From positions 576,001 to 640,000 of the forward strand of contig CAVUQH010000004.1 of assembly GCA_963743525.1 (NCBI GenBank): a DNA stretch of 64,000 nt, in the 5' to 3' direction. Both the position numbers and the translations under genes were made by a program. The notes beneath the pieces are model-generated. The model searched no databases. It was not told where the DNA came from and worked only from the letters and a program-made list of their open reading frames with translations. Below are positions 1-14,077 of this stretch, one piece after another (position 1 is the stretch's first letter; the number at the start of each line of letters is the position of its first letter). The DNA comes from an uncultured delta proteobacterium (GTDB taxonomy: Bacteria > Myxococcota_A > Polyangia > Haliangiales > Haliangiaceae).

Positions 1-353
1 GCGATGCGGCGCGCTGGCGCCGGCGTGCCGAGCAGGAAATTCGACATCTGAAGAAGTTCCGCCTGGCCTGGTGCACGCCGGCCGCAGAGTTGTTGCGCGC
101 GGGCCTGGCCGTCACTGCCGGCGAGCCGGACGCGGCGGTCGCCGTGCTTCCCGAGATCGCACGCCGCTTCGACACGCTCGACATGGGCGCCTTTGCCGCC
201 GTGGCGCGCCGCAGCCACGGTCTACTGCTCGGCGGCGACGACGGCGCCGGCATGGTTGCCGCCGCCGACGACGAGCTGCATCAGCGCGGCGTGGCCAACC
301 CGGCACGGATGACCGCCTACCTGGCGCCTGGCTTCGAAGCGTCCGAACCGTAG
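1..353 (+). CDS. 3' end of a gene entering the window; probably the C-terminal helical part of a myxobacterial kinase/ATPase-type protein
   Basis: ORF 90..353 reads as plausible helical protein (…GVANPARMTAYLAPG); start lies outside the window or is frameshifted. Confidence 0.4.
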   Translation, partial: DAARWRRRAEQEIRHLKKFRLAWCTPAAELLRAGLAVTAGEPDAAVAVLPEIARRFDTLDMGAFAAVARRSHGLLLGGDDGAGMVAAADDELHQRGVANPARMTAYLAPGFEASEP

Positions 354-1281
354 AAACGGGGGAAGTGCGGTTGGCCATGGTGTAGGCGATGCGTTCAACC
401 AGGTCATCGGCGCCCTCGCATTCGACGCGGCTGGGCGGTGGGGACGACAGACACTCTCGAACTCCCCGTGGTGCTCGCGGGCGCTGCTGCTCGACGCGTG
501 GGGCGTCGGCCGCGCCGAGCGCCCCTCCCTTCCCGCCGGCATGCGCGACGTAGACCGTTGCCTACGGGGAACACGCGGCGGCGCTCGGCGAGCTCGGCGA
601 GCTCGGCGAGCGCGGCGAGGTCGCGAATCGTCTCCGCGGCGTCGAACGCCAGCGTCATCGGGGCGCCCGACGCCCGCGTCACCGCGATCGCTCCGTCGTG
701 AATCGCGACCAGCCGGCCACCCACCTGAAGGAGGCGTTCCGCGGTTTCCGGGTGACGCTCTGGTCTGGGACGTTCCCGGCGCCTGCTCGAGCGCAGCCGC
801 CGGGCCGCGTGGATCAGCCAGGCACTCGACTGGACCGTTGCCGGCGCGGCGGCAACGGTGGCGATGGGCCGCCGGAAGCGTGCCCGCTGCTGAGCGACGC
901 GATCGCTCGCGCGCGCGGGCAGCGAATCCTTCGCCCCTTCGCCGAATCCAGCCGGCGGCTCGCGGCCATTGCCGACGACCTGCCGGAACCGAATCGGCAG
1001 TTCCTGGCCGCCATCGCCGCGCCCAAGCCCGCTCGCCCTCGCGTCGCGCCGTCGCCCGCCCCGCGGCGCGCCGACCTGGCACCGCCTCCTGGCCATGCAG
1101 TTCGGGTGGTGGGACGTCCTGGTCGCCGGCAATAAACTGTTCGCCCTGCCCGCCTCCTGACTACGACACCAGCAGCGTGAGCGCGTCGAGGATCAGTCCC
1201 CGCGCGCTCAACCACCTTGAGCTGCTTGGAGACCCCGTTGAGGCTCATGGCGAAGACCCGGGCGATGGCCCACCTTCTTTC

Positions 1282-4200
1282 TCAGCAGCCGCGATTCGCA
1301 CTCCGCCGCCGGGGCAACAGGCAGAGCAAGCCGACCAGGAAGGCGAGCACGAGGTCGTCCGGCCCGCCTCCGGTGTCACAACAACCGCCGCCCGACGTGG
1401 TGTCGCCGCCCGCATCGTCTCCGGCGTCGCCGATACCATCACCGTCGACTTCGCTCTGGTCGAGGGTTGGGCGTGAGCCGGCAGTTGTCGGTGGCATCAG
1501 GGACGGTGTCGTCGTCGCTGTCCAGGTCGCGGAAATCCGGGGTCCCGTCGCTGTCGGTATCGACGGGCGGCGTTGCGGCATCGGCATCGCCGGCTTCGTC
1601 GCTGTCGGAGATGCCGTCGCCGTCGCTGTCCAGGTCGCGATAGTCAGCGGTGCCGTCGCTGTCGGTGTCCACGGCGGGGGTTGCGACATCCTCGTCGCCG
1701 GCCTCGTCGTGGTCGCTGATGGTGTCGCCGTCGGAGTCGAAGATCCTGATAGTCGGGCACGCTGTCGCCGTCGGTGTCGGGAGGCGGCGTGTTCGGATCG
1801 ACGTCGTTGAACCTCCTCGGCGTCGGCGATGCTGTCGCCGTCGGTATCGACCTCGCAGATCGAGTTGCAGGCGTCCCCACTGTCGAGGTTGCCATCGTCG
1901 CACTGCTCAGCGGTCTCACGCTGCCGTCGCCGCAGCGCGGCTCGGTCATGAAGACGCCCGGCGTTCGCAGCATGTGCGAATAGACCAGGAAGTACTGCTC
2001 GGACGTCGGGTTGTACGTGATCCGGGGCGTGTACGAGTCGTCCAGATTGGCGGTGACCGTTTCGACCGGGCCGTTGCGCTGCGGCGACACGCCGGAGACT
2101 CTGCACGCGCGGATCTGGAACGTGCTGTTCGCGTCGTATGCCTCCCAGGTCACGACGTAGTCCACGCCGTTGCTCGCCACTCGGGCCCATTCCTGGTTCT
2201 CTTGCTCATCGGCGATAGGGATCGCTGCCGTCGAGCGGCCCTTGGGTGCGACGTGGTTGGCGTAGAGAGCGGAGCTGTGCCGGCTCGGGCATCACTCCAT
2301 GCGACGAGGAACTGCGAGCCGTTGGACGCAACGGCGCTCTTCCACTGCTGGTCCGTTGCGTCGCACACCACAACGAAGGGTTGTCTTCGACCTGCCGGAC
2401 TGGGCGGCGACCGAGCGGCCCGAATGTTGTTGTCGTCGCGCGTCCAGGTGACCAGGTACTGGTCGCCGGCGGCTGCTACCGCGGGATCGGCCTGTTGGTT
2501 GGTGCCTGGGCGACGGGATGCCATTGGGGTCGAGGACGCTGCCGCGGACGTGATGCGGGTGGCGTAGATGTCCCGGTTGGCGCCATATGAGGCGCCGTTG
2601 CGGTGATCGGTCCAGGCCGCAAGTAGTTGCCGCCGCCGTAGGTAGCTCCACGTGTTCCTGGCTTTGCGGCGCAATGGCGACGGAAATGTCGCTGCCGTTG
2701 ACGAGCTCGCGGCTGCCGACACCGGCGAGCGTAGATGTCGTAGCCGGTGGTGGCATCGGTTCTGTAGCTCCACGCGACCAGGTAGTCGGTGCCATCGGAC
2801 GCGGCGGCGACGTGGAAACAGCCGCCGGAGCAGACGAGGATGCCGTCCACGTCGAGGATGGTTCCGTCGGCTGCGACCGCGTGCCGCGAAGGTCGATCGG
2901 TTGGGCGCGGTCCCAACCGGGCGTCAGACCCAGGACCGGGTAGTCGCTGCTGATGGTCGCGACCACCGGCTGGTATTCGCGATTGGGGACCCCGGAGAGC
3001 AGAACGCCGTCGGGATCGCTCACCTCGCCCAGCGACGTCACGCGGTGTAGATCCGGCTGTCGGTCCCGGAGGGAACATGCGCCAAACCGCGAAGTAGCCA
3101 TCGCCGTTCGATGCCAGCTTGGGGCCGGACTGACGCAAAGTGTTGCTCGCAAGCCCAATCTGGGCGTCCAGAACTGCGCGCGCGCCCGAGACCCGACGAG
3201 CATATACGTGTGGCTGGCCGTCGCGAGCGTCCTGCCACACGGTAGAGAAGTCCGTGCCGTCGGACGCCAACTGCGGAATGACCTGGTTGCCACTGGACGT
3301 GGTGACGGCAAAGCCGCCGGTGTCGAGTATGGCGCTGGCGGACGTAAGTCGCGCGCCGTATAGATCGTAGTCGGTGTTGCGAGTGTCGCTGCAGACGACC
3401 AGGTAGTCGCTGCCATTCCATGCGACTGCCGTCCACGTGCTGTCGGACCCGGAAGCGAGACGATCGGCTGGCTGATGGAGCACGATACCCGCAGAGGAGA
3501 TGCGGGCGGCCTGCACCGTTGTGCCATCGATCCAGGAGACACGAAGTCGTTGCCGTCGGAGCTGACCGCGGGATATGAGCGCTGCCGACCTTCACGCCGT
3601 TCGTGTCGAGGACCGTCCCGGTCGGGCTGACGCGCGCTGCGTAGACGTCTTTCGTGCCGTGCCGACCGGCCGTCCAACCAGCCGACCAGGTAGTCGGTAC
3701 CGTTCCAGGCGATGGCCGAACGATCGGCCGACCATGCGCCGGCGGAGATGGCAAACCCATCGGGTGTAACACGATTCCAGAAGCATCGACCAGAGTGCCG
3801 AACAGGCCTGGGGCAGCGCGCCCGTGGGCCCGAGTATTGCGACCAGGTGACCAAGTACCGGTTCCATCCGAGGCGACCGCGGGGAACCGCAGGAGTCCCT
3901 CGCGGTCGCCAACGGAATCCCCGACGGGTCGAGAATCGAGTGGTCCGCGGCGAGGCGGGTTCCCCAGAGTTCCAGGCGCCCGAGCGTTCGTGACCCAGGC
4001 GACCAGGTATCCGCTGCCGTCGGAGGCATCGTCGGCGACGTGCCGACCAGGATCGTGCCGCGGATCGTCCAGCGCGATCTCGCGCTGACATCGGGTCAAC
4101 GCATCGGCGCGCGCGCCTGGCGAGAATGTCGCGGCCAATCCCCAGCGCAGGGCGCGCTCGACCTCGCCGATCGGCAGCGCGGCGAGGCTCACCGCACCGC

Positions 4201-4879
4201 ATCGCCGATGCGCGCTCGCGCCGCGCCAGCGCGTCAGCGTAGAGGCGAAGGTAGGATGTCGCCCGCGTAGCGCAGTCCGATCGACGGCGGCCTCGATCTG
4301 CAAATCATCGGTCGGCGGCTGCGCCACGCTCCAGGTCACCTCGACGCCGCTGCCGGTGGCCTCGAAGTGCTCGAGCACGCCACGCTCGGCGATAGGAGCC
4401 GCTCTGCGGTGTTTCCCAACAGGAACCCATCCGGGCTGCCGTCGCCCGGCACGTACAGTCGGACGCCGTCGCCCTCGACTTGCACCGTCCGGAATCCGCA
4501 AGCCGGTGTCGGCACCGCCGCTCGCGGTTGTCGGCACGAACGTCAGTCCGCTGCTGTCGAGCCGCGCGCGGTAACCGGCCCCGGCAGCCTCCTGCCGGCC
4601 GGCAGCGTTGGGACGGAACGCATGGGAAACCCGCTCGACGACGTCACCCATCACCGGATGCTTTCCAGCGGCGGAGTGCTGGTGCCAGTACTCCACGCCT
4701 AGCGCATAGCCAGACGGGGACTTCATCCGGGACACGGAGCGGCTGCCAGTCCCGTACACGGCGGTGAATCCTTTGGCTTGCCTGCACCGGATCTCGGCGC
4801 GCAGGCAAACAGGCTCGATGCGGCGACGACCGTCGCTAGAGTGCGAGCAACAAGCAGAACGGTTCTCCGGGGCACGCAT
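1282..4879 (-). pseudogene. Large secreted repeat protein with Cys-rich myxococcal repeat, thrombospondin type-3-like Asp repeats and MYXO-CTERM anchor; broken by many frameshifts (pseudogene or sequencing errors)
   Basis: Fragments in alternating frames: signal/lipobox-like LATVVAASSLFAC, repeated 'AVASDGTDYLVAW..R.DIYAARV..G.VLDPDG' units, [32 protein letters not shown], and C-terminal GGGCCDTGGG-hydrophobic-RRR. Confidence 0.7.
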
Positions 4880-4950
4880 GTGGAAGCCGGACTCGAGACT
4901 CCAAACCAATGAATCATCGCGAAACCTCTCGACCTCGCCGACCCGCAGCG

Positions 4951-7239
4951 TCACCGTTGGAACACGAGCAGGTCGAGCTCGCCGTCGAGCCCGGCCATGA
5001 AGACCAGGTGACCAGTCACGAACACCGTCTGCAAGTCGTTCGACCGGCTGCGCAGCGGCTCGACCACGCTGCCGTCGTAGCGCACGAGGGTACCGCCGTC
5101 GCCCACGGCGAACGCTCCCAGCTGCGAATCGACCCAGATGTCGCGCCATCCCTGGTTGGTGAACGGGCCCGGGCTGACCAGCGGGATCCCGGACGTCCCG
5201 TCCAGTTGGTAGCTGCCGTCGCCGACCGTGAATACGAGCGATTTGCCGTCCACGTTCCCGCCCGAGATCGCCTGCATGGAGCTGGAGAGGTTCTGCGTTT
5301 GCCGAGTCGCGCCGAACAGCGTGACCGCGCTGTCGTTCAGGGCCCAAAGCGTGCCGTCGGACGCAGGCCAGAGATCGTGGGCCGGTATGACCGACACCCT
5401 GATCGCCATGGATGAATCGAGTCCGACCCACTGGTACACACCGCCGTCAGCGAAGCCCCCGGTCGAGGAATCACCTCCGGCCACGACCGTGTCGGCCGCG
5501 AGCGGCCAGACCGCGTGCAGATCGCCGGCGGTCGGCGAGGCCAGCTCGGACCAGGTGGCGCCGTCGTAGTGCAGGATCACGCCGCCGTCACCGACCGCAA
5601 AGACGTCGTCGGCAGCGCGACCGGCGACGGCGTTCAGATTCGCAGTGGTTCCGGAATCCTGCGCCGTCCACGACAGACCGTCGTGGTGGAAGATCGAGCC
5701 TCCCTGGCCGACGGCAAAGACGTCGTCAGGAGCGCTGCCCCACAGGGCATTGATGGACGCCTGCGCAGGCAGGGTCGTCGGCGACCAGGTCGCGCCCTCA
5801 TAGGTTGAGAGGTCGGAGGTGCCGACCAGAATCACCTCCTCGCCCGTGATCCCGACGACGGTCAGAAAATCCTGACCGTTGTCGATCTGGTTCCCGACCG
5901 ACAGCGGCCGCCAAACCGCGCCATCGTAGAACAGCACGGTGCCGGCCTTGCCGACTGCGAAGAAGCCTTCGACGTCGCTGCCCCATACCGACGCGAGGTC
6001 AACCGTCGCGAGCGTGCGTCCGGTGGTCCATCCGGCGCCGTGGTTCTCGACGATCGTCCCCGCGGCCCCGACCGCCACCGCGAGACTACCGGTCGCCCAG
6101 GTTGCGCGCAGGTCTGCGGTGGTTCCAGAGGGCTCGACGGCGAACCCCGAGCCGCGATCGGCGACGATCGCGCCGCCGTCGCCCACCGCGTAGACCGCCG
6201 ACGCATTTCCCGACACGCCGTGCAGCCCCGCGGAGGTCTGCGACGCGATGGTGGTCCATGCCGTGCCGTTCCAGTGAATGATGGTCCCGAGCTCGCCGAC
6301 GGCATAGATGTCGTTCGCGGAACGCCCCCAAACGTCGTAGAGATCGGCCGACGTTGGCGCAACATCAGCGCTCCAGACGCTTCCGTCCCAGCGACGGATC
6401 GTCCCGACGGTACCGACGACGACCGCCAGATCGCTACCGGCGGTCCAGACGGCCGTGAACGTTTGCCCTGTATGCGTTCCGCACGATTCGGGCAGTACCG
6501 GATCGCACCCGGCCGGCGGAGGGAAATTGATCGCGTCCTGTGCAAAGACGCGGACCCCCTTTCCCACGGCGTACTCGGCCATATCCACACCGCCGCCCAG
6601 CCCGAGCTCGCGCCAGCCCATGTATTTGCACGTATCGCTCGAATCTATGGGCGCGCACGCCGACGAACAGGTGGTCAGGCCCCGGTCGTAGCCCTTGCCG
6701 AGCTCGAGGCAGCTGGGTTGAACCGCTGCGTTCGGGTCGCACTGTTCCCCCTCGGTGACGAAACCATCGCCACAGAGCAAAACGCAATCGGTGCGGCAAA
6801 GGCCGGCGGCCAGCACGTTCGGCTCCTCGCAGTCGGGGCTCATGTTGTCGCTGGTACCGCAGTCGCACTGCTCACCGGGGTCCTTGAAGCCGTTGCCGCA
6901 GACCTCGGTCGAAAGACAATCCGCGCTGCAGCCGTCGCCCGACCTGGTGTTGCCGTCGTCGCACGCTTCGCCATCGTCGACAACCCCGTTGCCGCAACCG
7001 GTTGGATAGCAGACCCCGCGGTTGCAGACGCCATCGGGGATGCCATCGACGACACAGCCATCGCCATCGGCCTTGCCGGCGCAGACCTCACCGCGCACCT
7101 TGTCGACGCAGCCGTTGGTCGCGGCCGCGCAGACGGTGCCGCTCGGGCAGATTCGGCCATCGTCGCACACTACCGCCCCCGACTGAAAACAGGCCGGGAC
7201 CAGCACTGCGACCAACAGGGGTGCAACCGAGCGCGTCAT
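4951..7239 (-). CDS. Lipoprotein with Cys-rich myxococcal (DUF4215-like) repeats and beta-propeller-like 'VWG....VFAVG.GG.ILHYDG..W' repeats
   Basis: Start MTRSVAPLLVAVLVPAC (lipobox); CGNGVVDDGEACDDGN repeats; ATGA overlap with upstream gene. Confidence 0.85.
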   Translation of the reverse strand: MTRSVAPLLVAVLVPACFQSGAVVCDDGRICPSGTVCAAATNGCVDKVRGEVCAGKADGDGCVVDGIPDGVCNRGVCYPTGCGNGVVDDGEACDDGNTRSGDGCSADCLSTEVCGNGFKDPGEQCDCGTSDNMSPDCEEPNVLAAGLCRTDCVLLCGDGFVTEGEQCDPNAAVQPSCLELGKGYDRGLTTCSSACAPIDSSDTCKYMGWRELGLGGGVDMAEYAVGKGVRVFAQDAINFPPPAGCDPVLPESCGTHTGQTFTAVWTAGSDLAVVVGTVGTIRRWDGSVWSADVAPTSADLYDVWGRSANDIYAVGELGTIIHWNGTAWTTIASQTSAGLHGVSGNASAVYAVGDGGAIVADRGSGFAVEPSGTTADLRATWATGSLAVAVGAAGTIVENHGAGWTTGRTLATVDLASVWGSDVEGFFAVGKAGTVLFYDGAVWRPLSVGNQIDNGQDFLTVVGITGEEVILVGTSDLSTYEGATWSPTTLPAQASINALWGSAPDDVFAVGQGGSIFHHDGLSWTAQDSGTTANLNAVAGRAADDVFAVGDGGVILHYDGATWSELASPTAGDLHAVWPLAADTVVAGGDSSTGGFADGGVYQWVGLDSSMAIRVSVIPAHDLWPASDGTLWALNDSAVTLFGATRQTQNLSSSMQAISGGNVDGKSLVFTVGDGSYQLDGTSGIPLVSPGPFTNQGWRDIWVDSQLGAFAVGDGGTLVRYDGSVVEPLRSRSNDLQTVFVTGHLVFMAGLDGELDLLVFQR

Positions 7240-7958
7240 TGGCCCTGCGCGAGCCCGCCGTAGTAGCGAAGCATGGCTTGATACGAGTTCTGCAGGCTGT
7301 CGCCGCACTCACAGTCCGCCGGGGCCTGCTCTCCACACTGGACCACTTGGTCGAGGAAGGACTTGTCGCCGCACCCGCCCAACGCACTCATCACGTCCTC
7401 GCATTTGTACGAAAAATCCAGACCCGCCGCTGCACCGATCGGGAAGACGACGTTCTCGCACAACGCACGGGTCGGGCTCGGATCGACGCCCTCGAAGACG
7501 TAGCCGACCTCGCGCGCGCCGCCGCTGCAGTTGGGAGCGGCCAAGAAACCGAGCCCCGCCGGAGCACCGACATCCGACGGCGACTGGGCGAAGATGATCT
7601 CCTCGTGATCGACGTTGCCCGGATCGTCGGTTGTCACCTGGATTGGGAACGGAGCCAGGATCTCTCGCACGCACTGCAAGAGCGTCGCCCACTTCTCGTC
7701 AGTCATGATCGAGCCTGGGGTCGTGTAGACATCATTGAGAAGGCTGCTGGTATTGGCGACGGAGTCCTGATCGCCCGGCATCACCGTCACCGGACGGCGG
7801 TTCAGATACACGATGTACGCTGGCGGCGCGTCCACCACCGCATCCGCCGGCGCCGCCGGCGCCGCGTCGGGCAGGTTCGCCAGCAGATTCTCCCGGCAGC
7901 CGCAGAGCGTGCAGATCGCCAACAACCAGAGAGCGCGCCGGTCGGTCAGAATCGCCAT
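7236..7958 (-). CDS. Lipoprotein with metzincin-like fold but degenerate zinc motif
   Basis: MAILTDRRALWLLAICTLCGC lipobox; LCENVVFPIGAAAGLDF..CEDVMS resembles HExxHxxGxxH…Met-turn spacing without His/Glu. Confidence 0.7.
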   Translation of the reverse strand: MAILTDRRALWLLAICTLCGCRENLLANLPDAAPAAPADAVVDAPPAYIVYLNRRPVTVMPGDQDSVANTSSLLNDVYTTPGSIMTDEKWATLLQCVREILAPFPIQVTTDDPGNVDHEEIIFAQSPSDVGAPAGLGFLAAPNCSGGAREVGYVFEGVDPSPTRALCENVVFPIGAAAGLDFSYKCEDVMSALGGCGDKSFLDQVVQCGEQAPADCECGDSLQNSYQAMLRYYGGLAQGQ

Positions 7959-8926
7959 GATGCCTGAACCCCCAGTCGTCCGCTGCCCGCCAGCGGTGCC
8001 AGCGCCAGCGTGCGGCCGTAGCCGACCTGCTCGACGGTCGGCCGGTTGAGAATGGCCAGCACGATCCCGGCAGACAGCACGGCGCCGCCCACGGCGACGA
8101 GGCCGACGCCGATGCGGTTTTGCAGGTGAGCCCGCTGCTCGGCGGCGGTCACGTTCGCCGGCAGAGCAGCGGGGCTGCACGGTTGGTCGGCGCACAGCAC
8201 GGCGAGCGCGTCGTCGTAGCTCTGGTAGGTGGCGCGCGACTGCAGCTCGAAGCCCAGGCCGGCCAGAGCGACCGCGACACCACCGCCGGCGACCGCCCAC
8301 GGCTTCCAGGCCGCCCAGCGGCGATGCAACACCGTAGCCTGGTCCAGGGTCTTGAGCTGGATCGGCAGCTGCCGCGACGCGCCCCCCAACAGCACGAACC
8401 GCTCGCTCAGCGTCAGGAAGCCGGCCCGGGCAGCCGTGACCCGATGCTCGCCGGCGAGCAAGAGGACCTTGCGCTTGCCCGGGCAGCGCAAGAAGTCGTG
8501 CCCGTCGAGCGCCACCGCCACGTCGGTCTGGCCGCAGTCGATCTCGACGTGGACGAGCTGGCTCTGGAGCAGGCGCTCGTACGAATGCGCCTGCTTCGCG
8601 ATGTCGGAAGAGAGGCCCCGGTCGCCGTAGCGCAACGCCGCCTCGAGGTTCTGGTAGGCCTCGATCGGACGCTCCAGGTTGATCAGCGCAACCGCGGCGT
8701 TGTAGCGGATCGAGGGATGATCCCAGTGTTTCAGCGCCTTGCGATAGAGCTCGAGGGCGGGGGCAAAGAGGTTCTGATCGAGGAGATCGTTGCCGGCGTT
8801 GAACAGCGACGTGGCCGTTGCCTGCTCCTGGGCAGACACCCCGACCGCCCACGGCCGGTCGCCGTCGTCGGCGCGGGCTGAACCCGCCCACAGGAGGCAC
8901 ACGATCGCGGCCGACGCGGCCGCCAT
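7946..8926 (-). CDS. Secreted TPR/PEGA-domain membrane protein
   Basis: Signal peptide …SARA/DD, TPR-like helices (ALELYRKAL…YNAAVAL), PEGA-like VALDG…GEHRVTA..GF, two C-terminal hydrophobic segments. Confidence 0.85.
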   Translation of the reverse strand: MAAASAAIVCLLWAGSARADDGDRPWAVGVSAQEQATATSLFNAGNDLLDQNLFAPALELYRKALKHWDHPSIRYNAAVALINLERPIEAYQNLEAALRYGDRGLSSDIAKQAHSYERLLQSQLVHVEIDCGQTDVAVALDGHDFLRCPGKRKVLLLAGEHRVTAARAGFLTLSERFVLLGGASRQLPIQLKTLDQATVLHRRWAAWKPWAVAGGGVAVALAGLGFELQSRATYQSYDDALAVLCADQPCSPAALPANVTAAEQRAHLQNRIGVGLVAVGGAVLSAGIVLAILNRPTVEQVGYGRTLALAPLAGSGRLGVQASWRF

Positions 8927-9004
8927 CCGCACGCTCCGTCCCCGCCCGCGCACGACCTGAAGCTTATCACGCAGCTTGCAAACCTTGCTGCTATCATCGC
9001 CGCG

Positions 9005-11824
<2,820 letters not shown>

Positions 11825-11825
11825 G

Positions 11826-12200
11826 CTACTCCGCCCGCTCGGACGCCTGCGGGTTGGGCGCGTAGGCCATGGTGCCGTCGTCGCAGAAGCTGCAGCCGCC
11901 GGTCTGGCTGCCGTCCTCGCAGATCACCGTGATGCACAGGTCGCAACCGACGTTGTCGTCGAGCCAGTCTTGCGCGCACTGATTCGTGGTGCAGCCGCAG
12001 ATCGATCCCGGCACCGTCACCGGGTCGGGATCATCGGCCAGCTAAACCTGGGTGACCGTCGTCCCTGCCGCCAGGCCGTTGAGCTCGACGCCGGTGGCAG
12101 AAACGTTGGCCGGGCCGTCCGACTCGACGGCGCAGCCCGCCAGGCTCGAGACGACAGCGAGAGAAGCGACGAAGAACAGGGTGCGGAACGTGTTGGTCAT
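11826..12200 (-). pseudogene. Small Cys-rich lipoprotein interrupted by an in-frame TAG at 12042-12044
   Basis: ATG 12200 MTNTFRTLFFVASLAVVSSLAGC (lipobox) continues in frame through one TAG into ORF 11826..12020 (CGCTTNQC…CDLCITVIC…CSFC). Confidence 0.7.
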
Positions 12201-12213
12201 GTCGTCGGTAAAT

Positions 12214-12229
12214 TGCAGCTGCTGTGCCG
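12214..12229 (-). promoter_or_regulatory. sigma54 -24/-12 promoter for the Cys-rich lipoprotein gene
   Basis: Minus strand CGGCACAGCAGCTGCA = GG-N10-GC, just upstream of ATG 12200 and next to a sigma54 activator gene. Confidence 0.6.
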
Positions 12230-12257
12230 CGCGTAACCCGCTGAAATAGGAGCGACC

Positions 12258-12311
12258 GATCCGTTCCCAACCCGTTCCCGTTCCCAGTTCGGGAAGTCCC
12301 GATTCGGGAAC
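12258..12311. promoter_or_regulatory. Clustered GTTCCC/GGGAA(C) repeats, candidate enhancer sites for the adjacent activator
   Basis: ccgttcccaacccgttcccgttcccagttcgggaagtcccgattcgggaac between the activator stop and the sigma54 promoter. Confidence 0.4.
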
Positions 12312-13979
12312 TCAGCGCTTGCGCGGCCGGGGAATGGCATAGCGCGCCATCTTGGTCAACAGCCAGCGCCGGCTGATCCCCAGCGCCTCGGCCGCGCGGG
12401 TCTGGTTACCGAGGGCTGCGGCCAGCGCGTCGATGATCCGCTGGCGCTCGGCGAGCTCGGTCTCGGTCAGCCCGGGCGGCGCGGCGCCGGCGGCATCGAC
12501 CGCGCCGGCCAGCGCGCGCTGCAGCGGCCCCGGCGCCGACAGCCGCATGCTGTCGGCCGGAAGATGCTCGGTGGTGATCGGCGCATCACCGGCCAGGAGC
12601 ACCGCGCGATCGATGGCGTTGCGCAGCTCGCGAATGTTGCCCGGCCAGCCGTACGAGTCGAGCAGTTCGCGAGCCTCGTCCGAGAACGCCGGCGTCCGCG
12701 GCAGGCCCATGCGCCGCGCGGCCGCCGCCGCGAACCGCGTAGCCAGCGGCACGATCTCGGCGCGGCGCTCGCGCAGCGGAGGAATCGTGAGAGCGAAGCC
12801 TTCGAGCCGATAGTAGAGGTCGGCGCGAAAGCGACCGGCGGCGATCTCGACCTCGAGGTCGCGGTTGGTCGCTCCCACGAAGACGACGTCAACGGCGATG
12901 TCGTCGACGCCGCCGACCCGGCGCAGCGTGCCGTCCTCGATCACCCGCAACAGCTTGGCCTGGGCGCCGAGCGGCAACTCGCCGAGCTCGTCGAGGAAGG
13001 CGATGCCGCCGCTGGCCGCCTCGAGCAGGCCGATCTTGCGCCGGTCTGCGCCGGTGAAGGCACCGCGCTCGTGGCCGAACAGCTCGCTCTCGATCAAGTT
13101 GTCGGGAAAGGCGGCGCAGTTGAGCTTGACCAGCGGCGCCTCCGCGCGCGGCGACAGCTCGTGCAGCCGGCGGGCGAAAATCTCCTTGCCGACGCCGGTC
13201 TCGCCCAGCAGCAGGACGTTGACGCCGCCGCTCGCGACCCGAACCAACAGCTCGTGCAGGCGCCGCATCGCCGCGTCCTCGATCACCAGATCGCCGGCCG
13301 GCACCCCCGCCGCCGGCTCGAGCGCCTCGCAGGCGGCAGCCAGGATCGCCTCGGCCGACGCGCCGTCTCTGGGATATCGCGCGCTGCCGAAGCTCGGCGA
13401 CTGCCCCTGTTGGGCGAGCGCACGCCCAATGCCGACGCGCACCGACTCGGCTACCTCGTCGCCGGCTTCGACCAGCAACAGCTCGTACTCGTGCGGGGCG
13501 TAGCGGGCCACCACGTCGCCCGCGCGGACCGCGTCGAGCAGCGCGGTCACGGCCTCGTCGCCGTCGTCCTCGAGCTGGACCCGCACGATGGTCAGCGCCG
13601 CACGAGTGTGGCGGGTGCGCGCCACCTCGTCTTGCAGGCGGGCCAGGAAGTAGTCGTGCGAGCGCAGCTGGCGCAGGCGTTCGTGCGACGCGCGCCCGCG
13701 CACCACGCAGACGACCGCGCCGACCTCGAAGAACTCCCCGGGCGAGATGTCGACCCGGCGCCCGGGCTCGAGCTGCTCACCGTGAAGGAAGGTGCCGTTG
13801 GAGCTGCCGAGGTCCTCGATTTGCAGGGTCTGGCCCACGTGCAGCGCGGCGTGACTGCGAGAGATCGAAGCGTCTTCGATCCGCACCCGCGCCTGGTCGC
13901 CGCGCCCGATCCCGACCGTACCCTCGGCCGGCAGGTCAACGCGGAGCGAGCCCGACTCGGCCATGACTACCAGCTGCAA
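12312..13979 (-). CDS. FHA-domain sigma54-dependent enhancer-binding protein (FHA, degenerate GGDEF-like, AAA+, HTH)
   Basis: IGR…ISRSHA…DLGSSNGT (FHA); GETGVGKE, ESELFGHERGAFTGA, FLDELGEL, WPGNIREL; GNQTRAAEALGISR. Confidence 0.95.
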   Translation of the reverse strand: MQLVVMAESGSLRVDLPAEGTVGIGRGDQARVRIEDASISRSHAALHVGQTLQIEDLGSSNGTFLHGEQLEPGRRVDISPGEFFEVGAVVCVVRGRASHERLRQLRSHDYFLARLQDEVARTRHTRAALTIVRVQLEDDGDEAVTALLDAVRAGDVVARYAPHEYELLLVEAGDEVAESVRVGIGRALAQQGQSPSFGSARYPRDGASAEAILAAACEALEPAAGVPAGDLVIEDAAMRRLHELLVRVASGGVNVLLLGETGVGKEIFARRLHELSPRAEAPLVKLNCAAFPDNLIESELFGHERGAFTGADRRKIGLLEAASGGIAFLDELGELPLGAQAKLLRVIEDGTLRRVGGVDDIAVDVVFVGATNRDLEVEIAAGRFRADLYYRLEGFALTIPPLRERRAEIVPLATRFAAAAARRMGLPRTPAFSDEARELLDSYGWPGNIRELRNAIDRAVLLAGDAPITTEHLPADSMRLSAPGPLQRALAGAVDAAGAAPPGLTETELAERQRIIDALAAALGNQTRAAEALGISRRWLLTKMARYAIPRPRKR

Positions 13980-14077
13980 GCCGCGCGGCTGCCGGTGCTC
14001 GTGCGACTGCGTCTTGTAGGTGTCGGAGCTGATGGCCCGACGTTACCGCAGCTCACCCGCCGGCGTCGCGACGAACG

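Noticed and set aside
386..1240. Gene call in this interval
   Set aside because: Only frameshifted fragments without a recognisable motif; strand and product cannot be supported
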